A DNA stretch of 64,000 bases from Raillietiella orientalis (lineage: Eukaryota), in assembly GCA_036172245.1 (NCBI GenBank), contig JAYWIR010000040.1, positions 868,001-932,000 on the forward strand, written 5' to 3'. Made by a program: the position numbers and the translations under genes. Positions 60,854-64,000 of the stretch are shown in pieces (the first letter of the stretch is position 1; each line of letters begins with the position of its first letter). Below the pieces are notes generated by a model, which made no database searches, had not been told where the DNA came from, and saw nothing but the letters and a program-made list of their open reading frames with translations.

Positions 60854-62220
60854 CCCTTTGTGTGCGGATTTCGTCAGATTGAAAGGTTCCGTGCTGACGG
60901 CACGCGAGTGGGCCGTCGGGGTGGCGTGCGTTTTCGCGTGCCGCGTGCTCCATCGAGGTGCCCATTGACTACATAAAGTGCTGATTAAAGTCACTCTTGT
61001 TTATTTACACCACATTCAATAAAATAGTTCCATTTTATTGAATTTAAGTCCAGGATGGGAGCCTGCCGCACGCAGGAATGCCAGTTTCCTTCATCAAGAG
61101 TCCTTACATCCCGGGCGTTGCACGTGCCGCCCCTCGCCAGCTTCCTCCTCCTGATGGGGGTGCTCCTCGGGTCGAAGACGACCATCACCCGCACGGTGGG
61201 GTTGTAGAGGGGGGCGCGCCGTCTTCGCCCTCCAACGGTCCTCGCAGGATGTCCAGATTAGAGGTGCTGTCCAATCCGATGGCCCGCCGCACCGCTTCCC
61301 GGTCCCGGAAGAGGATGCGGCAGGTCGATCCGCAAGCCGGGCGTCTGGTCGTTGCCGGGGTTCCTGGTCCAGCGTCGGAGTCCCGTCCCGCACGGGACGA
61401 GACTCCGACTGAATGTCCGGCGTTGGAGAGGACTTCCAGAGCACCGATGGCCGATGGCCTGCAGGCAGACTGCCGGTTCCCCGAACCCGCCCCGCGTCCC
61501 CTGAGGTGGCTACGACCGGCATCTGCAGGTTGTCGCCTCGGGCGCCCACCCTGGACCACTGCGCTCCCTGGGTTTGCCAGAGCTCGCGGGTCCCGTGGGT
61601 TACCCAGCCTTGCCTCGAGCGCCTGTACGCGAGGACTCGCACCGCGCGGGTAACTCCGCTGGTGACCAGTCGCTCGCACCAGGCGCTTAGGGTCACTTTT
61701 CCCTGTTGGCGGAGCACCAAACTTGCGTTTCCCAAGGGACGCTGATGAACCGCGGGATCAGCTTGGCGAGCTGCCTGTCCCACAGTTCCCTGCTCCTCGG
61801 GACGATCCTCAGCTTCAGCGTCTTCGCGAGGTTGCGCAGCTCCCTCGGACATGGGGCCGTCGGTTCCCAGCAGCATCCTCGCCTACGCCCTGTGGGACGC
61901 AGCTGCAACAGGATGCTGTTCTCGGTTTTCCAGAGAGGTGACTCTCTGAAAAAGCGGGAACAGTTAGCCGATAGGAATGGAATTTTGTTTACTGCCGTTG
62001 CCAAGGCGATTACAAGAACGTAAGTGTATGCGGCGTCCATTTCAAACATGGATCGCGTCAACCCATGTCACCGCTCACAAAAACATTTGCCAAGGCATAT
62101 GCGAGTCCACAATCCACGCCGATCGTTTTCGCCGGACCCATAGATACGTCCACAGCGCAGGCATCTATGGGTCCCATGGGTTTCGTCGGACTCATCTGTG
62201 CGTCCATAGTACTCAAAGGG
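60854..62220 (-). mobile_element. Related non-autonomous piggyBac-family element (copy 1) with a foreign GC-rich interior
   Basis: Left end CCCTTTGTGTG at 60854 (preceded by degenerate CTGA); right end ACTCAAAGGG followed by TTAA (62221-62224). The left ~190 nt and right ~270 nt align by eye to the same ends of copy 2, e.g. ATTTTGTTTACTGCCGTTGCCAAGGCGA and TTTTCGCCGGACCCATAGAT are shared. Confidence 0.75.
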
Positions 62221-62903
62221 TTAAGAGAAATCGGGGAGTGTCCCTTCAGGGTTCTCTTCAAAGGAGGAAACGGGGGGCGCTTCGAAGAAGGAATGAAGAA
62301 CGGCCCCTTCCAAATTCACGGAACCAACCACTGAAGCGATGCAAGCAAATGGCATTGCTGGGCACTCGACAGCAGCCACGAGTTACCACGAATCGTCTAG
62401 AGTAAAGGATTTTACCGACGGTCCCATGTGCGTTAAGAGCAGGAACAGTTTCTCTTTCCCGTGGGGAAATTGGTATGAGGAACAAACCAATGTGTGCATG
62501 AACTTGGGAATTTGGTGAATTTCACTGTGCCTGGTCACCTAGAGGAGTTTGGCAAAAGAAGTCAGCGATAAGTCTCTGCATGAAGAAGGTTCCATTGACC
62601 TCCGGACTGACCTCCGGATTGACTTCAGTGCTTGTTGAGCTTCGGGAACGTTCAGGAAGCACACGGAACTCTGAATAACCAACCTCTCCAGCAGTTTCGA
62701 CGAGCCCTCGCATGAAGTTTCCCTCTGGTTTGTTTCTTGCTGCTTGTTGCCGTCGTTTAAGATGTCCGCTTGCCTTCATGATACACGCCCACAACTAAAG
62801 CAAAGCTATTTCTTGTGCACTGTGCTCGCAACACCACAGGGAGTGCACTTTTGTCTATCCAGGAAGCTGGTTGTCAAGGTGCACACTTGAAAGTGAAGCT
62901 TAA

Positions 62904-63904
62904 CCCTTTGGGTGAAGAGCTCAGCAGACTTTCACGTTGTGCGCTGGCGGCACGCGAGTCGCAGTGGCGACCTCTGTGGACGGCACGCTTCTCCGCGTGC
63001 CACCGAGGAGCCGATTGATTCCATAAAGTGCTCGTCAAAGTTGCCGTTGTTTAATCACACTGCATTGAATCAAATATTTTCATTTTTCCCAAGCATACAT
63101 TATTCATTCAAAAATTATAATTGGAATTCGAATGAATTCAAACATTCATTTTGGGCGTGGTGCATCTCAAAACGCATAATCCGACGTCGCATTTTTTTTA
63201 CATTCTCGTTTTGCGTCACTCCGTTTCTTACGTTTTGCGCTTTCTTCCTGGAAATGAGTGTTTCCTCTGAACACTTCGAACCGAATCGGAATGCTCTTCT
63301 TCCGTAGATGTGCTGTGGGCCGTTTTTTTCTTGTTTTTTTTTTTCATCTATACTTGGCTATTCCACTATCTACGATGCTTTTCGTATCTGCAGAATCAGA
63401 TGACGATGGAACACGTGGGGACATTCCCTCAATTTCATGGTCATATTCTTCATTCGAATCCAACTCCTCATCTGTTTCACGATCGTCTCTTCTAATCATC
63501 TCTTCAAAATTATTTCATTAGATTTTCAAGGTATCGCAAAGACAAAAAAACAATATGATCAATTATATACGACACCACTTTTTGAGGTGCCGCAAAGATG
63601 AAAGGCAATATAATAAATTCCATTTGGCACCCAGAAAAAGAGGGAGCAGTTGGCCAGCGTGGACGGGATTTTGTTTACTGCCGTTGCCAAGGCGACTACG
63701 AGAACGTAAGTGTGCGCGTCGTCCGTCTGAAACGTGGATGGCGTCGACCCGTGTCGTCGAGCATAAGGTCAAAAAAACGTTTTCCAGGCGCATGCGTGCG
63801 TCCACAGTCCACGCCGATCCTTTTCGCCGGACCCATAGATGCGTCCACAGCGCATGCTGGCAGCTTTCGTCGGACGCATCTGTGCGTCCATGGAACTCAT
63901 AGGG
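62904..63904 (-). mobile_element. Internally deleted piggyBac-family DNA transposon (copy 2)
   Basis: TTAA at 62900-62903 and 63905-63908 flank termini CCCTTTGGGT...ACTCATAGGG (imperfect TIRs starting CCCT). Minus-strand remnants include an acidic N-terminal stretch (NNFEEMIRRDDRETDEELDSNEEYDHE, ~63340-63515) and a frameshifted cysteine-rich C-terminus (KRKKRSDAKRECKK/CDVGLCVLRC, ~63160-63240), as in piggyBac transposases. No DDD catalytic core is present. Subterminal GGAC(C/G)CAT..(A/G)TGCGTCCA repeats occur at the right end. Confidence 0.8.
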
Positions 63905-64000
63905 TTAATAAATATGTGCGTTACATTTGTATATTTATACATAAATCCATGTGTTAACGTTCATAAACAATCATGTATATTTATTTTTATAGTCTTTACA

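Noticed and set aside
62225..62899. Spacer between the two piggyBac copies, with a short TGACCTCCGGA repeat and a 90-aa minus-strand ORF
   Set aside because: No identifiable homology or termini, and too little evidence to call.
1..64000. CRISPR arrays, rRNA, intact tRNA genes, conserved miRNAs, prokaryotic operons
   Set aside because: No regularly spaced repeat-spacer array, no foldable cloverleaf and no mature miRNA sequence that I recognise; the gene structure is spliceosomal. By-eye screening can miss small RNAs, so Infernal/Rfam should be run.

Overview
Eukaryotic (invertebrate animal-like) genomic DNA with spliceosomal introns, many of them short (52-79 nt). Most of the window is very GC- and CpG-rich, full of homopolymer and microsatellite runs, and nearly all long ORFs in the track are spurious GC-rich frames. 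Two multi-exon genes can be fully reconstructed. (1) A Polycomb PRC1 PCGF gene of the BMI1/Psc type on the minus strand (20968-13849, 710 aa: C3HC4 RING, RAWUL, long disordered C-terminal region), with a possible alternative first micro-exon. (2) Bifunctional coenzyme A synthase COASY on the plus strand (52617-59741, 535 aa). A third, single-exon 397-aa ORF (38645-39838) looks genuinely coding, and its C-terminal half resembles, by eye, the AF4/FMR2 C-terminal homology domain. The right end holds two related non-autonomous piggyBac-family elements: one keeps transposase remnants, the other has them replaced by GC-rich cargo. Other notable structure: an AT-rich, CpG-depleted island over the 5' half of COASY (gene-body methylation footprint), a possible divergent spliced transcript, a duplicated three-block cis-regulatory module, palindromic paired YY1/PHO sites, and Hox/Pbx motif clusters. 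All homology calls are from motif recognition only; no searches were run.
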